From Chloroflexi bacterium HGW-Chloroflexi-2 (GTDB taxonomy: Bacteria > Chloroflexota > Anaerolineae > Anaerolineales > Anaerolineaceae): a DNA stretch of 64,000 nucleotides. A program made the translations under genes and the position numbers. The stretch lies in NCBI GenBank assembly GCA_002840735.1, contig PHBY01000003.1, positions 186,734 through 250,733 of the forward strand, given 5' to 3'. The notes beneath the pieces were generated by a model. That model made no database searches. It was not told where the DNA came from and saw only the letters and a program-made list of their open reading frames with translations. Below, piece after piece: positions 1 through 9,317 of the stretch; the stretch's first letter is position 1; each line of letters opens with the position of its first letter.

Positions 1-2
1 AA

Positions 3-194
3 AGTGAAGTGGATGCAACCGGAGCTGGGGATATTTTCGCTACATCTTTCTTCATACGCTTGATTCAGACAAAAGATCCGTGGACTTCAGCCCGATTTGC
101 TACATATATTGCTGCAAATTCTGTAACACGAAGAGCGATGGAAGGCCCCCCAACAGATGCAGAAGTTCAAGAAAATTTAATTGAGATTATTTAA
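3..194 (+). CDS. PfkB-family carbohydrate/nucleoside kinase, C-terminal fragment (gene begins upstream of window)
   Basis: The ORF enters from the left edge. DATGAGDIF matches the PfkB signature-2 motif (DxTGAGD) near the C-terminus. Confidence 0.6.
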   Translation, partial: SEVDATGAGDIFATSFFIRLIQTKDPWTSARFATYIAANSVTRRAMEGPPTDAEVQENLIEII

Positions 195-209
195 ATTAAT
201 CAGGAAAAT

Positions 210-1001
210 ATGGCAAGAATATTCACATTAGTCAATCAAAAAGGCGGAGTAGGCAAAACAACCACAGCCATCAATCTGGGGGCATACCTGGGATATTTTG
301 GACAAAGAGTTTTAATAGTTGATTTAGATCCTCAGGCGAATGCAACTTCATCACTTGGGATCGATAAACAGACGGTCAAACATGGCACGTATGAAGTCCT
401 GATTGGATCTCAGCCAATCGCCCCTAACATTTTGCATAATCCTCGTTTAAAAATTTCATTATTACCATCTTCTCCCTCCTTAGCTGGAGCGGAGATTGAA
501 CTGATTGATCTGGATAATCGCGAGTATTTATTAAAGCGAGCACTCACCAATATTTCAGACCGATACGACTATATTCTGATCGATTGTCCCCCATCATTGT
601 CTTTGCTGACAGTTAACGGTTTGATTGCAGCGGAATCAGGGGTCATTATTCCGGTGCAATGTGAATATCTTGCCTTGGAAGGTTTAGGGCAATTGACGCA
701 AACAATCCGAAAAGTTCAGAACTCTCTCTTCCCAGAATTGCAAATAAAAGGCGTCGTTTTGACAATGTATGATGGCAGGACCCGCCTGGCACTGGATGTA
801 GTCAGTGAAGTGCAACGTTATTTTTCAGATCAGGTTTACCAGACAATTATTCCCCGCAGTGTCCGACTGGCAGAGGCGCCCTCATATGGCACACCCATTT
901 CTGCATTTGCTCCTGAATCAACAGCTGCAAAAGCCTATGCTGCTTTAGCAAAAGAGATCCTAGCACAAGACGGTATTATAATTCCATTAATCGAGGAATG
1001 A
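210..1001 (+). CDS. parA: Chromosome partitioning ATPase ParA/Soj
   Basis: Deviant Walker A NQKGGVGKTTTAINL. It aligns along its full length with the Soj/ParA family and sits directly upstream of parB. Confidence 0.9.
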   Translation: MARIFTLVNQKGGVGKTTTAINLGAYLGYFGQRVLIVDLDPQANATSSLGIDKQTVKHGTYEVLIGSQPIAPNILHNPRLKISLLPSSPSLAGAEIELIDLDNREYLLKRALTNISDRYDYILIDCPPSLSLLTVNGLIAAESGVIIPVQCEYLALEGLGQLTQTIRKVQNSLFPELQIKGVVLTMYDGRTRLALDVVSEVQRYFSDQVYQTIIPRSVRLAEAPSYGTPISAFAPESTAAKAYAALAKEILAQDGIIIPLIEE

Positions 1002-1009
1002 GGTTCTAA

Positions 1010-1870
1010 ATGGCAAAAAAACCAGGGTTAGGTAGAGGATTAGATGCATTAATACCAGGTTCTAAACCCACGATTACAGAAGAAGAAAATCAGGTTTCTG
1101 AATTACCCATCGAAAGAATTCTCCCTAATCCCCATCAACCCCGTAGCATCATGGGTGATGAAGAACTCCAAGAACTGGCACAATCCATCCGGGAACATGG
1201 CATTATTCAACCGCTGCTGGTCATTCCCAAAAACGATCGGGAAGAATACGTATTAATTGCCGGGGAACGCCGCTTGCGAGCTGCAAAATTAGCTGGTTTA
1301 CAAAAAGTGCCTGTCATTTTCAGGCAGGCAAGTGATCAGGAACACCTTGAATTGGCATTGATCGAGAATGTCCAGAGAGCAGATTTATCCCCTCTTGAAA
1401 CTGCTGATGCTTACGAACAATTAAACAAGGAATTCAATTTGTCGCATGAGGAAATAGCAAAACGGGTCGGAAAAAGCAGAGTCTCGGTGACGAACACCAT
1501 TCGATTATTGAAGTTACCTGAAAAAGTAAAACTTGCGTTAGCAAAAAATGATATCTCTGAAGGACATGCCAGAACTATTTTAGCCTTAGAAACACCTCAA
1601 GCTCAATCAGCAGTTTTAGATATCGTGATTAAAAATAATTACTCCGTTCGACAAACCGAAGAATTGGTTAAAAAATATAGCGGTGATCGAGAAACGAAAT
1701 CTCCCCCAAGAGTCAAAGATCCTGAAATCAAAGCGTTGGAAGAACGCTTTCAGGACAAATTGGGTATGCGTGTCAATTTGGACCATCGGGGGGATAAAGG
1801 TAAAATCATCATCCATTATTATTCAAATGAGGAACTTAACTCGTTAATAGACCGTTTCATTGAGGATTAA
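1010..1870 (+). CDS. parB: Chromosome partitioning protein ParB/Spo0J
   Basis: ParB-box motifs PNPHQPR and IAGERRLRAA, and the HTH region SHEEIAKRVGKSRVSVTNTIRLLKLP. Confidence 0.9.
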   Translation: MAKKPGLGRGLDALIPGSKPTITEEENQVSELPIERILPNPHQPRSIMGDEELQELAQSIREHGIIQPLLVIPKNDREEYVLIAGERRLRAAKLAGLQKVPVIFRQASDQEHLELALIENVQRADLSPLETADAYEQLNKEFNLSHEEIAKRVGKSRVSVTNTIRLLKLPEKVKLALAKNDISEGHARTILALETPQAQSAVLDIVIKNNYSVRQTEELVKKYSGDRETKSPPRVKDPEIKALEERFQDKLGMRVNLDHRGDKGKIIIHYYSNEELNSLIDRFIED

Positions 1871-1876
1871 TCTTTT

Positions 1877-3466
1877 ATGTTAATTCTCCAGAATGCACGA
1901 ATTATAGAATCTGAAAATCATTCCGGCATGTCTGAAGCCCTGGCAATCCGCGCTGGGAAGGTTGTGGCTGTCGGACGTAATGCAGATGTTTTATCATTGG
2001 CAGATCGAAATTCAGAAATCCTTGACATGCATGGAAAGACAATCCTGCCTGGGCTGACTGATTCTCACATTCACCTGCAACACCTGGGTAGAAGTCTCAG
2101 CATGGTAAATTGTGAAACTGACAAAATTCAGGATTGTTATGATCGCTTGAAAGACAGAGCAAATGGTACCACTCCTGGCGATTGGATACTCGGTTATGGT
2201 TGGAATCAGAATCAATGGTCAGGTGGATTTAACGACATAGCATTACTGCACCAGGTCTCTGAAGAACACCCGATTTTTATAACAGCCAAGTCTTTACACG
2301 CTGCCTGGGCAAATAAACGCGCTCTTGAAATGGCAGGGGTCACGCGTGAAACGACAAACCCACAGGATGGATTCATAGGAAGAAATGCTGAAGGCTATCC
2401 AAACGGCTTATTGTTTGAAAACGCCATGGGGTTGATGAATGACTTCATTCCTGCTCAATCCGGTCAAACACTTAGCGATAATCTACACGCAACACAGTCG
2501 GAATTATGGAAAACTGGCATCACCGCTGTTCATGATTTTGACGGTGCAGAATGTTTTGCAACTTTGCAACAATTAGATCGTCAAAATAAATTAATGCTGA
2601 GAATAGTAAAAAGTCTGCCTTTACAAAATTTAGAAGCCGCGGTGCAAACTGGGCTTCAAACTGGTTTTGGATCTGATTTTTTGCGCATTGGCTCCATAAA
2701 GCTGTTTGCAGATGGTGCACTGGGTCCTCAAACGGCAGCTATGTTGGAACCATATGAAACAAATCCCGATAATTCTGGCATTCTCATGCTATCCAGAGAA
2801 GAAATCATACAGTACGGGAAATTTGCTACCAAAAATGGTCTCTCACTCGCGATTCATGCGATTGGTGATAGAGCGAACCGGGAAGTCCTTGATGCTTATT
2901 CAGAAATCAGGCAATATGAACAGGAAAATCATTTGCCAGGTTTACACCATAGAATTGAACATGTTCAGGTGCTTGCCGAACATGATCTCAATCGATTAGC
3001 GGAAAATAATATCATCGCATCCATGCAACCGATTCATTTGGTGTCTGATATGGATACAGCCGACCGTTTTTGGGGCAGGAGATCACGCTATGCCTATGCT
3101 TTCAATAGCCTTTTACATAATGGTACAAAACTCATTTTTGGATCTGACTCACCTGTCGAATCATTCAACCCATTCTTTGGTATGTTTGCGGCTTTGACAA
3201 GATCTAAATTGGATCATCTCAAATCCAGTAGCTGGTATCCTGAAGAGAAAATTTCATTGGAAAACATCCTGGATGCATACACGATTAATCCTGCCATTGT
3301 CTCTGATTGGGATGATAAAATCGGTAGTATTTCAGCCGGTAAATTCGCAGATTTAATTGTTTTACCGGTCAATCCATTTGAAATAGACCCCTTTGAATTA
3401 AAAGATTTATATCCTGTTGCAACAATGGTTGCTGGTCAATGGGTCTGGCAGGAGGACGAATTTTAA
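1877..3466 (+). CDS. Metal-dependent amidohydrolase (YtcJ-like, amidohydrolase_3 family)
   Basis: N-terminal LPGLTDSHIHL metal-binding HxH motif, KLFADGALG, AIHAIGDRA and a C-terminal GSDSPVE motif are typical of this family. Confidence 0.75.
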   Translation: MLILQNARIIESENHSGMSEALAIRAGKVVAVGRNADVLSLADRNSEILDMHGKTILPGLTDSHIHLQHLGRSLSMVNCETDKIQDCYDRLKDRANGTTPGDWILGYGWNQNQWSGGFNDIALLHQVSEEHPIFITAKSLHAAWANKRALEMAGVTRETTNPQDGFIGRNAEGYPNGLLFENAMGLMNDFIPAQSGQTLSDNLHATQSELWKTGITAVHDFDGAECFATLQQLDRQNKLMLRIVKSLPLQNLEAAVQTGLQTGFGSDFLRIGSIKLFADGALGPQTAAMLEPYETNPDNSGILMLSREEIIQYGKFATKNGLSLAIHAIGDRANREVLDAYSEIRQYEQENHLPGLHHRIEHVQVLAEHDLNRLAENNIIASMQPIHLVSDMDTADRFWGRRSRYAYAFNSLLHNGTKLIFGSDSPVESFNPFFGMFAALTRSKLDHLKSSSWYPEEKISLENILDAYTINPAIVSDWDDKIGSISAGKFADLIVLPVNPFEIDPFELKDLYPVATMVAGQWVWQEDEF

Positions 3467-4482
3467 TGGCTTCCAGAAAGAAACCCGTTTCTCCTGAAAT
3501 ATTAGTGCCAAGAATTGGTGAATATTTAGTTCAAAGGAAAATAATTACCTTGCCAGAACTTAATAAGGCTTTGTTCATTCAGCTGGAAAAAGCCAAACAG
3601 GGAGAGGAAATGCCACTAGGAAAAATCCTGGTGGAGATGAATTTAATTGATCAGGAGACGCTCGACGAAGCAATCACAGAACAACTGATTCGATTTCGTG
3701 ATGCCCTCGAACAAAGCAACCGGCAACTGGAACATCGTGTACAGCAAAGAACCGCAGAATTACAAGATGCACTGAACAAAATAAATGAATTAAATCAACT
3801 TAAAAATAATTTTATTTCCAATATCTCCCATGAATTAAGAACGCCTCTCACTCACATAAAAGGATACCTGGATTTGATGATTTCGAATGACCTGGGTCCA
3901 TTATCAGAAGATCAAAATCAGGTATTGGAAATCATGGGAAAAGCAACAAATCGTCTGGAACGATTAATTGAAGATCTGATTATGTTTACATTTGCTGAAC
4001 ATGAGCAGGTACTTATCTCTCCCGGTGAATTTGATCTGGTTGCTCTCACCCAGGAAATAATCTCTAATTTTCAAACTACCTTCACACAAAACCAATTCAA
4101 GCTCGATGTAATCCCTGAAATGAAATCTGCCTTTGTAATGGCTGATCAAAAAAAGATAGCCTGGGTAATTACCCAACTGATCGATAATGCAATAAAATTT
4201 TCAAAAAAAGGGGCAATTATCGAGATTTCCATTTTATGGACACAGGAGATCGTTAATCTAAAAGTCAAGGATAATGGGATTGGCATTCAGGAGGAGCGAA
4301 TTCACGAGATTTTTGAGCCATTTCATCAATTAGACAGCTCTTCCACCCGGAAAGCTGGTGGAGTTGGCCTGGGACTTGCACTTGCTAAGAAGATAATTGA
4401 ATCACATGGTGCTACACTTAATGTAGATTCTAACTTTGATGTTGGAAGTTCTTTTGATTTTTCATTAAATAGATTGAAATAA
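3466..4482 (+). CDS. Soluble sensor histidine kinase with N-terminal T2SSE_N/MshEN-like domain
   Basis: H-box SHELRTPLTHIKGY, N-box QLIDNAIKFS, DNGIGI, GGVGLGLALAKKI. The N-terminus has tandem RIGEYLV...Q / PLGKILV...Q repeats. Start chosen at the ATG overlapping the upstream stop (TAATG) rather than the track start at 3439. No TM segment is evident. Confidence 0.8.
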   Translation: MASRKKPVSPEILVPRIGEYLVQRKIITLPELNKALFIQLEKAKQGEEMPLGKILVEMNLIDQETLDEAITEQLIRFRDALEQSNRQLEHRVQQRTAELQDALNKINELNQLKNNFISNISHELRTPLTHIKGYLDLMISNDLGPLSEDQNQVLEIMGKATNRLERLIEDLIMFTFAEHEQVLISPGEFDLVALTQEIISNFQTTFTQNQFKLDVIPEMKSAFVMADQKKIAWVITQLIDNAIKFSKKGAIIEISILWTQEIVNLKVKDNGIGIQEERIHEIFEPFHQLDSSSTRKAGGVGLGLALAKKIIESHGATLNVDSNFDVGSSFDFSLNRLK

Positions 4483-4487
4483 TAAAA

Positions 4488-5684
4488 ATGATTGAGCCTT
4501 TATTACCCATAAAAACAGAAACCCTCTATTCATTAAGTAAAATATGTTGGGAATCTTCGAATTGGAAGCAGGCTCTGGATGTAATTTGCAGCGAAATCCG
4601 ACCCTATTTCATTTTTGACAACCTCGCTGTTTATCTTTATGATGAATCACATTCTGACCTGGATATTGCATACGCCCGGGCAACTGGACGAGGGAAAAAT
4701 AAAGAAGCAGATGTTGCCTGGGGTGAAAGTATTATTTCAGACGTGATAAAAAACAACCGAACGATTCTCTCCGAACCTTCTGAAGAAGAATCTGACCGAT
4801 TGAAACGACCTCATATCCTGGCAATTCCCCTTCAATCCAAAAAAGCTGAGCTCGGTGTCGTTGTTATCATCCGCTTTGGGACGCCAATTTTTACCAGAGA
4901 CCACATTAATTTTGCTGAGTTTATGTCATCCCAAATTTCATCCATGATACTCAGACAAGAACGTGAATCTATGATCAATCAGTTACAGGAACATATTCAA
5001 ACGCTGCAAATACAGGACGATTTTATATCAACGCTTTCTCATGAATTGAAAAATCCGATTGGTTTTATAAAAGGTTACACCACCACATTACTCCGTCAGG
5101 ACACAAGTTGGAGTATAGAAAATCAAAATGAGTTTTTACAGATCATTGACCAGGAAACAGATCGATTGAAAGAATTAATTGATAATCTATTAGATTCATC
5201 GCGGTTCCAATCAGGTAAGACAACCTTGAATATTCAGTTGTTACGAATTGATGCCTTGCTGAACGATGTAATTTCTCATGCCAGAATTCACCATCCAGAA
5301 CTTCAGATAAATCTTGATATTCGTCAGGAATTACCAACGCTACAAGGAGATCCCAGACGATTGAAACAGGTATTCGATAACCTGGTTTCAAATGCAGCAA
5401 AATATGCCCCTGGAAAACCCCTTCTATTTCGAATCTACAAAGAACCTCAAGGCATCACAATTGATGTAAAAGACACCGGTCCCGGAATCCCGGCAAAAGA
5501 CCTGGAAAAAATATTTGAACGATTTTATCGATCTGAAGCGCACAACCAGGACACGCGTGGATCCGGTTTAGGTTTATTTATTTGCAAGAAAATTATTGAA
5601 GCACATCAAGGTCAAATCAACGCAACTTCTATTCCCGGAAAAGGAACTACGATCCATGTGTTCCTTCCGTTTATCGAAATGTAA
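4488..5684 (+). CDS. GAF-domain sensor histidine kinase
   Basis: About 170-aa N-terminal GAF-like region, H-box SHELKNPIGFIKGY, N-box DNLVSNAAKYA, DTGPGI, GSGLGLFICKKI. Confidence 0.8.
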   Translation: MIEPLLPIKTETLYSLSKICWESSNWKQALDVICSEIRPYFIFDNLAVYLYDESHSDLDIAYARATGRGKNKEADVAWGESIISDVIKNNRTILSEPSEEESDRLKRPHILAIPLQSKKAELGVVVIIRFGTPIFTRDHINFAEFMSSQISSMILRQERESMINQLQEHIQTLQIQDDFISTLSHELKNPIGFIKGYTTTLLRQDTSWSIENQNEFLQIIDQETDRLKELIDNLLDSSRFQSGKTTLNIQLLRIDALLNDVISHARIHHPELQINLDIRQELPTLQGDPRRLKQVFDNLVSNAAKYAPGKPLLFRIYKEPQGITIDVKDTGPGIPAKDLEKIFERFYRSEAHNQDTRGSGLGLFICKKIIEAHQGQINATSIPGKGTTIHVFLPFIEM

Positions 5685-5708
5685 TATTATGTTCACCTGG
5701 AGGTTCGG

Positions 5709-6419
5709 ATGACAAAAGGTACAAAAATTTTAGTAGTGGACGATGAGAAACTCTACCGGCATCTGCTTGAGATTAATTTAGATACTGAAGGGTATGAAGT
5801 TATCACGGCAACAAATGGAGAAGAGTGCCTTGATCTTGTTTCCAAAAAACATCCCGATCTTGTCATTCTTGATGTGATGATGCCAAGATTGGATGGTTTT
5901 TCAACCCTCGAAAGAATTCGCCAATTTAGCGAAGTTCCTGTTATTATGCTGACAGGAAAAAATGAAGAAAAAGATCGCGTAAAGGGACTCAATTCTGGCG
6001 CAGATGATTATGTAGCCAAACCTTTTTCAGCCACTGAGTTGATTGCCCGGGTTCGATCCGTATTACGTAGATCACTCTCAACAGAAACATCGAAAGCAAC
6101 ACGTTTTTTTGAACATGGTGACCTTAAAATTGACCTGGCACGTGCAGAAATCTGGCAGGATGACTCCCCAATTTTTTTGTCGGCGACAGAATACAAATTA
6201 TTAATCCAATTTGCTCATAATGTTGGAAAAGTGTTATCAGCAGAAGAGTTACTTTCTGCTATTTGGGGACCGCAATATCGCCAGGATAAAGAGATCCTTT
6301 GGGTAAGTATTGCCAGATTGAGACAAAAAATTGAAAAAGATCCTCATAGCCCCATACACATTGTTACAAGGTCGGGCCTTGGGTATCTGATGCCCCCTAT
6401 AGATGCATTGAAACAATAA
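5709..6419 (+). CDS. OmpR/PhoB-family response regulator
   Basis: Receiver domain (ILVVDDE ... DLVILDVMMP ... K at VAKPF) plus a winged-helix C-terminus (LSATEYKLLIQFAHN ... GLGYLM). Confidence 0.9.
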   Translation: MTKGTKILVVDDEKLYRHLLEINLDTEGYEVITATNGEECLDLVSKKHPDLVILDVMMPRLDGFSTLERIRQFSEVPVIMLTGKNEEKDRVKGLNSGADDYVAKPFSATELIARVRSVLRRSLSTETSKATRFFEHGDLKIDLARAEIWQDDSPIFLSATEYKLLIQFAHNVGKVLSAEELLSAIWGPQYRQDKEILWVSIARLRQKIEKDPHSPIHIVTRSGLGYLMPPIDALKQ

Positions 6420-6432
6420 ATGAGGAAAAAAT

Positions 6433-6720
6433 ATGATTACCCAATTTGAAGAAAAAGGAAAAATATTTACCCCCAAAATAACAAAAGATCAAAGAGAAGT
6501 GATTATTCAAACAACTACGCAAAAAATTAGAGGGTTTTTTCACGTTCAAATGGATTTGCGTTTATTGGATGAATTAAATGAAAGCAATCATTTTTTAGCT
6601 TTGACAGATGTTGAAATCCTGGATGTCAATGAAAATGTAATTTATAAATCAAATTTTCTTGCCATCAATACAGATCAGATTATCTGGGTATTGCCCTCAG
6701 ATGAAATAATTGAGAAATAA
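6433..6720 (+). CDS. Small hypothetical protein (95 aa), no family recognised
   Basis: Clean ORF packed between the response regulator (13-nt gap) and the CpaF-like ATPase (13-nt gap). It has no TM segment and no motif I can name. Confidence 0.5.
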   Translation: MITQFEEKGKIFTPKITKDQREVIIQTTTQKIRGFFHVQMDLRLLDELNESNHFLALTDVEILDVNENVIYKSNFLAINTDQIIWVLPSDEIIEK

Positions 6721-6733
6721 TAGTGAGATGTAA

Positions 6734-8029
6734 ATGAATCCAACTGATTTCAATAAGTTGAAACAACATATTCTGACGTTGATCTTCAGAGAGCTTGAAA
6801 ATAAACGGCCTCCTTATCGTGATCGAGATGAATTTGTAAGAAACACGCTTAAAGCTGTTTATCAATCCCTGAATATTAAGTTGCCGCAAACGATACAGGA
6901 CCAGTTATTCAAAGAAATTTTAGATGAAATTTTAGGCTTTGGTCCCCTTCAATCCTTATTAGAAGATCATACGATCAGTGAAGTGATGGTAAATGGCCCG
7001 AATTCTGTTTATATTGAACAAAAAGGAAAATTAGTCAAAACCGGTATCACATTCGAGGATGATGACGCAGTTTTAAGAATCATTGAAAAGATTATTATGC
7101 CCCTCGGTCGCAGAATCGATGCCGATACCCCAACGGTTGATGCCCGCCTCCCGGATGGATCACGTGTAAATGCCGTCATACCTCCGGTGGCGATTGATGG
7201 GCCAACCATTACCATTCGAAAATTTGAGAAAGGCAGACTGTCTGTAGACCAGCTGATAGAATTCGGTTCTGTTACCAGGAACATGGCAAAATTTCTGGAA
7301 GCCTGTGTCATCTCACGCTTAAATATTATGATATCGGGTGGTACCGGTTCAGGTAAAACAACTCTGTTGAATGTTTTATCGCGATTTATCCCACCAGCTG
7401 AACGGATTGTAACCATTGAGGACGCAGCTGAATTGCAATTGCAGCAGGAACATGTAGTCCGTATGGAAACAAAACCACCGAATATTGAGGGTAAATATCA
7501 GGTTTCCATTCGTGAACTGGTGAGAAATTCATTACGCATGCGTCCAGATCGAATTATTGTTGGTGAGGTTCGAGGTGGAGAAGCGCTGGATATGTTGCAG
7601 GCGATGAACACCGGTCATGATGGTTCATTAACAACTTTACATGCTAACTCTCCCCGTGATGCTTTATCGAGATTAGAAACATTATGTTTGATGGCAGGAA
7701 TGGATTTGCCAATTGGTGTAATTCGTGAACAAGTTGCCAGCGCCATTGATTTAATCGTGCAACAGTCCCGATTGAGTGATGGTAGTAGAAAAATAACATC
7801 GATCACCGAAGTTGCTGGCATGGAAGGTAACACGATTGTGATGACCGATATCTTCAAATTTGAAAAAACTGGTATTACGCCAGAAGGAAAAGTGATTGGT
7901 GAACTCAAACCAACAGGAATTCGTCCATTCTTCACACCACGTCTTGAACAAAATGGGTTTATGCTCGGCCCTGAGGTCTTTGGAGCCAGTGTTGCACAAA
8001 TTTTGGCCTCCGGAAGGCAACGTCGTTAA
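6734..8029 (+). CDS. cpaF: CpaF/TadA-type secretion ATPase (type II/IV secretion NTPase family)
   Basis: Walker A GGTGSGKTT, Asp box ERIVTIEDAAEL, Walker B RPDRIIVGEVRG, His box GHDGSLTTLHAN. Confidence 0.9.
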   Translation: MNPTDFNKLKQHILTLIFRELENKRPPYRDRDEFVRNTLKAVYQSLNIKLPQTIQDQLFKEILDEILGFGPLQSLLEDHTISEVMVNGPNSVYIEQKGKLVKTGITFEDDDAVLRIIEKIIMPLGRRIDADTPTVDARLPDGSRVNAVIPPVAIDGPTITIRKFEKGRLSVDQLIEFGSVTRNMAKFLEACVISRLNIMISGGTGSGKTTLLNVLSRFIPPAERIVTIEDAAELQLQQEHVVRMETKPPNIEGKYQVSIRELVRNSLRMRPDRIIVGEVRGGEALDMLQAMNTGHDGSLTTLHANSPRDALSRLETLCLMAGMDLPIGVIREQVASAIDLIVQQSRLSDGSRKITSITEVAGMEGNTIVMTDIFKFEKTGITPEGKVIGELKPTGIRPFFTPRLEQNGFMLGPEVFGASVAQILASGRQRR

Positions 8030-8085
8030 ATTCCTGCTATAATTTTTTATAGAATTTCGTTTCGGCTAAGGATTAGAATACCATT

Positions 8086-8766
8086 ATGAAAAATAATAAA
8101 CTTTACGTACAAATTCGTAGTAAAAAATTAGGGATTTTATTAATGGATGCTCGTCTTTCAAAAAAAATCTCTGTTGAGGATATTTCAAAACAAACAGGAA
8201 TTGCTGAAAATCGATTGATACTATTTGAAAATGGTAGTATATCCCCCAGCTTACCTGAATTAGAAATTCTGGCATACACCTATAATCTGCCCATGAATCA
8301 CTTTTGGGGAAGGAAAATTTTACAATCTGATGCAAACAATGAATTTAATGAAAAATTTCAAACATTATTGAAAATCAGGAACAAAATTATTGGTACGAAT
8401 ATTAAATCAAAGCGCCAGGAAAGCGAGATTTCAAGCGAGAAACTCGCTGAGAAATGTGAGATCGACAAAGATCAACTATCAAAATTCGAATCTGGCGAGG
8501 AGGAAATTCCAGTACCAATTCTTGAGATTATTGCTAAATGCTTAAATTGCCAGATCGAAGATTTCTTTGATAACCAGGGGATTATTGGTGCATGGCGTAA
8601 AGAAAATGCCGAAATTAGCAGTTTGAAAGAACTGCCACAGGAATTTAGAGAGTTCATTACCAAACCAATTAATGCACCCTATCTGGATCTGGCGATGAAG
8701 TTGAGTGAGTTAGATGTCCAAAAATTACGTATGGTTGCAGAAGGACTGTTAGAAATAACTTTATAA
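8086..8766 (+). CDS. Transcriptional regulator with two XRE-type helix-turn-helix domains
   Basis: Two copies of the XRE HTH pattern (ISVEDISKQTGIAENRLILFENG and ISSEKLAEKCEIDKDQLSKFESG), each followed by a P...LE.. helix. Confidence 0.7.
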   Translation: MKNNKLYVQIRSKKLGILLMDARLSKKISVEDISKQTGIAENRLILFENGSISPSLPELEILAYTYNLPMNHFWGRKILQSDANNEFNEKFQTLLKIRNKIIGTNIKSKRQESEISSEKLAEKCEIDKDQLSKFESGEEEIPVPILEIIAKCLNCQIEDFFDNQGIIGAWRKENAEISSLKELPQEFREFITKPINAPYLDLAMKLSELDVQKLRMVAEGLLEITL

Positions 8767-8771
8767 TCGCT

Positions 8772-9302
8772 ATGAACATAAATAGTGATATATCCAGAGC
8801 CAATGATCTCTTCAAACAAAAAAAATATGTAGACGCAGCCAGATTATTTGAAAAACTTGCCAGCGCATATCAGGATTTAAAAGAAGTTTGCAAATCAGCT
8901 GAGATGATGAACAACGCCAGCGTTGCTTACCTGATGGCAGGAGATCCTCAAAAATCCTATGAGTTATCAAAAGACACTCATTTAACCTTTGAAGAAACAA
9001 AGGATTGGAAAAATTACGGTCTGGCAATGGGTAATCAAGCTTCTGCTTTGGAAAATTTGGGCAAAAAAGACCTGGCATTAGAATATTATCAAAATGCTGC
9101 TGATAAATTGAAACTGGCTGGTGAGAAAGAATCCAGAGCTTTTGTGCTAAAAAGAATTTCAGCCCTTCAAATCCAAAAGGGAGACCAATTGGATGCCCTG
9201 GGTAGTATGACAGCAGCGTTGCATAATCTACCAGAACTTTCCAGGAGAGAAAAAATTCTAAAAAAATTAACCGACCTGGTTATGAAAATTGGAACTCGAT
9301 AA
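8772..9302 (+). CDS. TPR-like repeat protein
   Basis: Helical repeats with the A..Y/A..L/G pattern (YVDAARLFEKLASAY; ALEYYQNAADKL). No catalytic motif. Confidence 0.5.
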   Translation: MNINSDISRANDLFKQKKYVDAARLFEKLASAYQDLKEVCKSAEMMNNASVAYLMAGDPQKSYELSKDTHLTFEETKDWKNYGLAMGNQASALENLGKKDLALEYYQNAADKLKLAGEKESRAFVLKRISALQIQKGDQLDALGSMTAALHNLPELSRREKILKKLTDLVMKIGTR

Positions 9303-9317
9303 AATTTAACTTTTACA

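Noticed and set aside
3439-3465. The upstream start given in the ORF track for the first histidine kinase (MGLAGGRIL...).
   Set aside because: It would overlap the amidohydrolase gene by 28 nt. The ATG at 3466 overlaps the upstream stop as TAATG, which is the common coupling arrangement in this window.
7009-7416. A 135-aa ORF antisense to the CpaF-like ATPase gene (similar case: 7615..7935).
   Set aside because: It lies entirely inside a well-supported gene on the opposite strand. Its composition is low-complexity and biased toward Arg, Ser and Pro, as expected for a shadow frame, and it has no motif.
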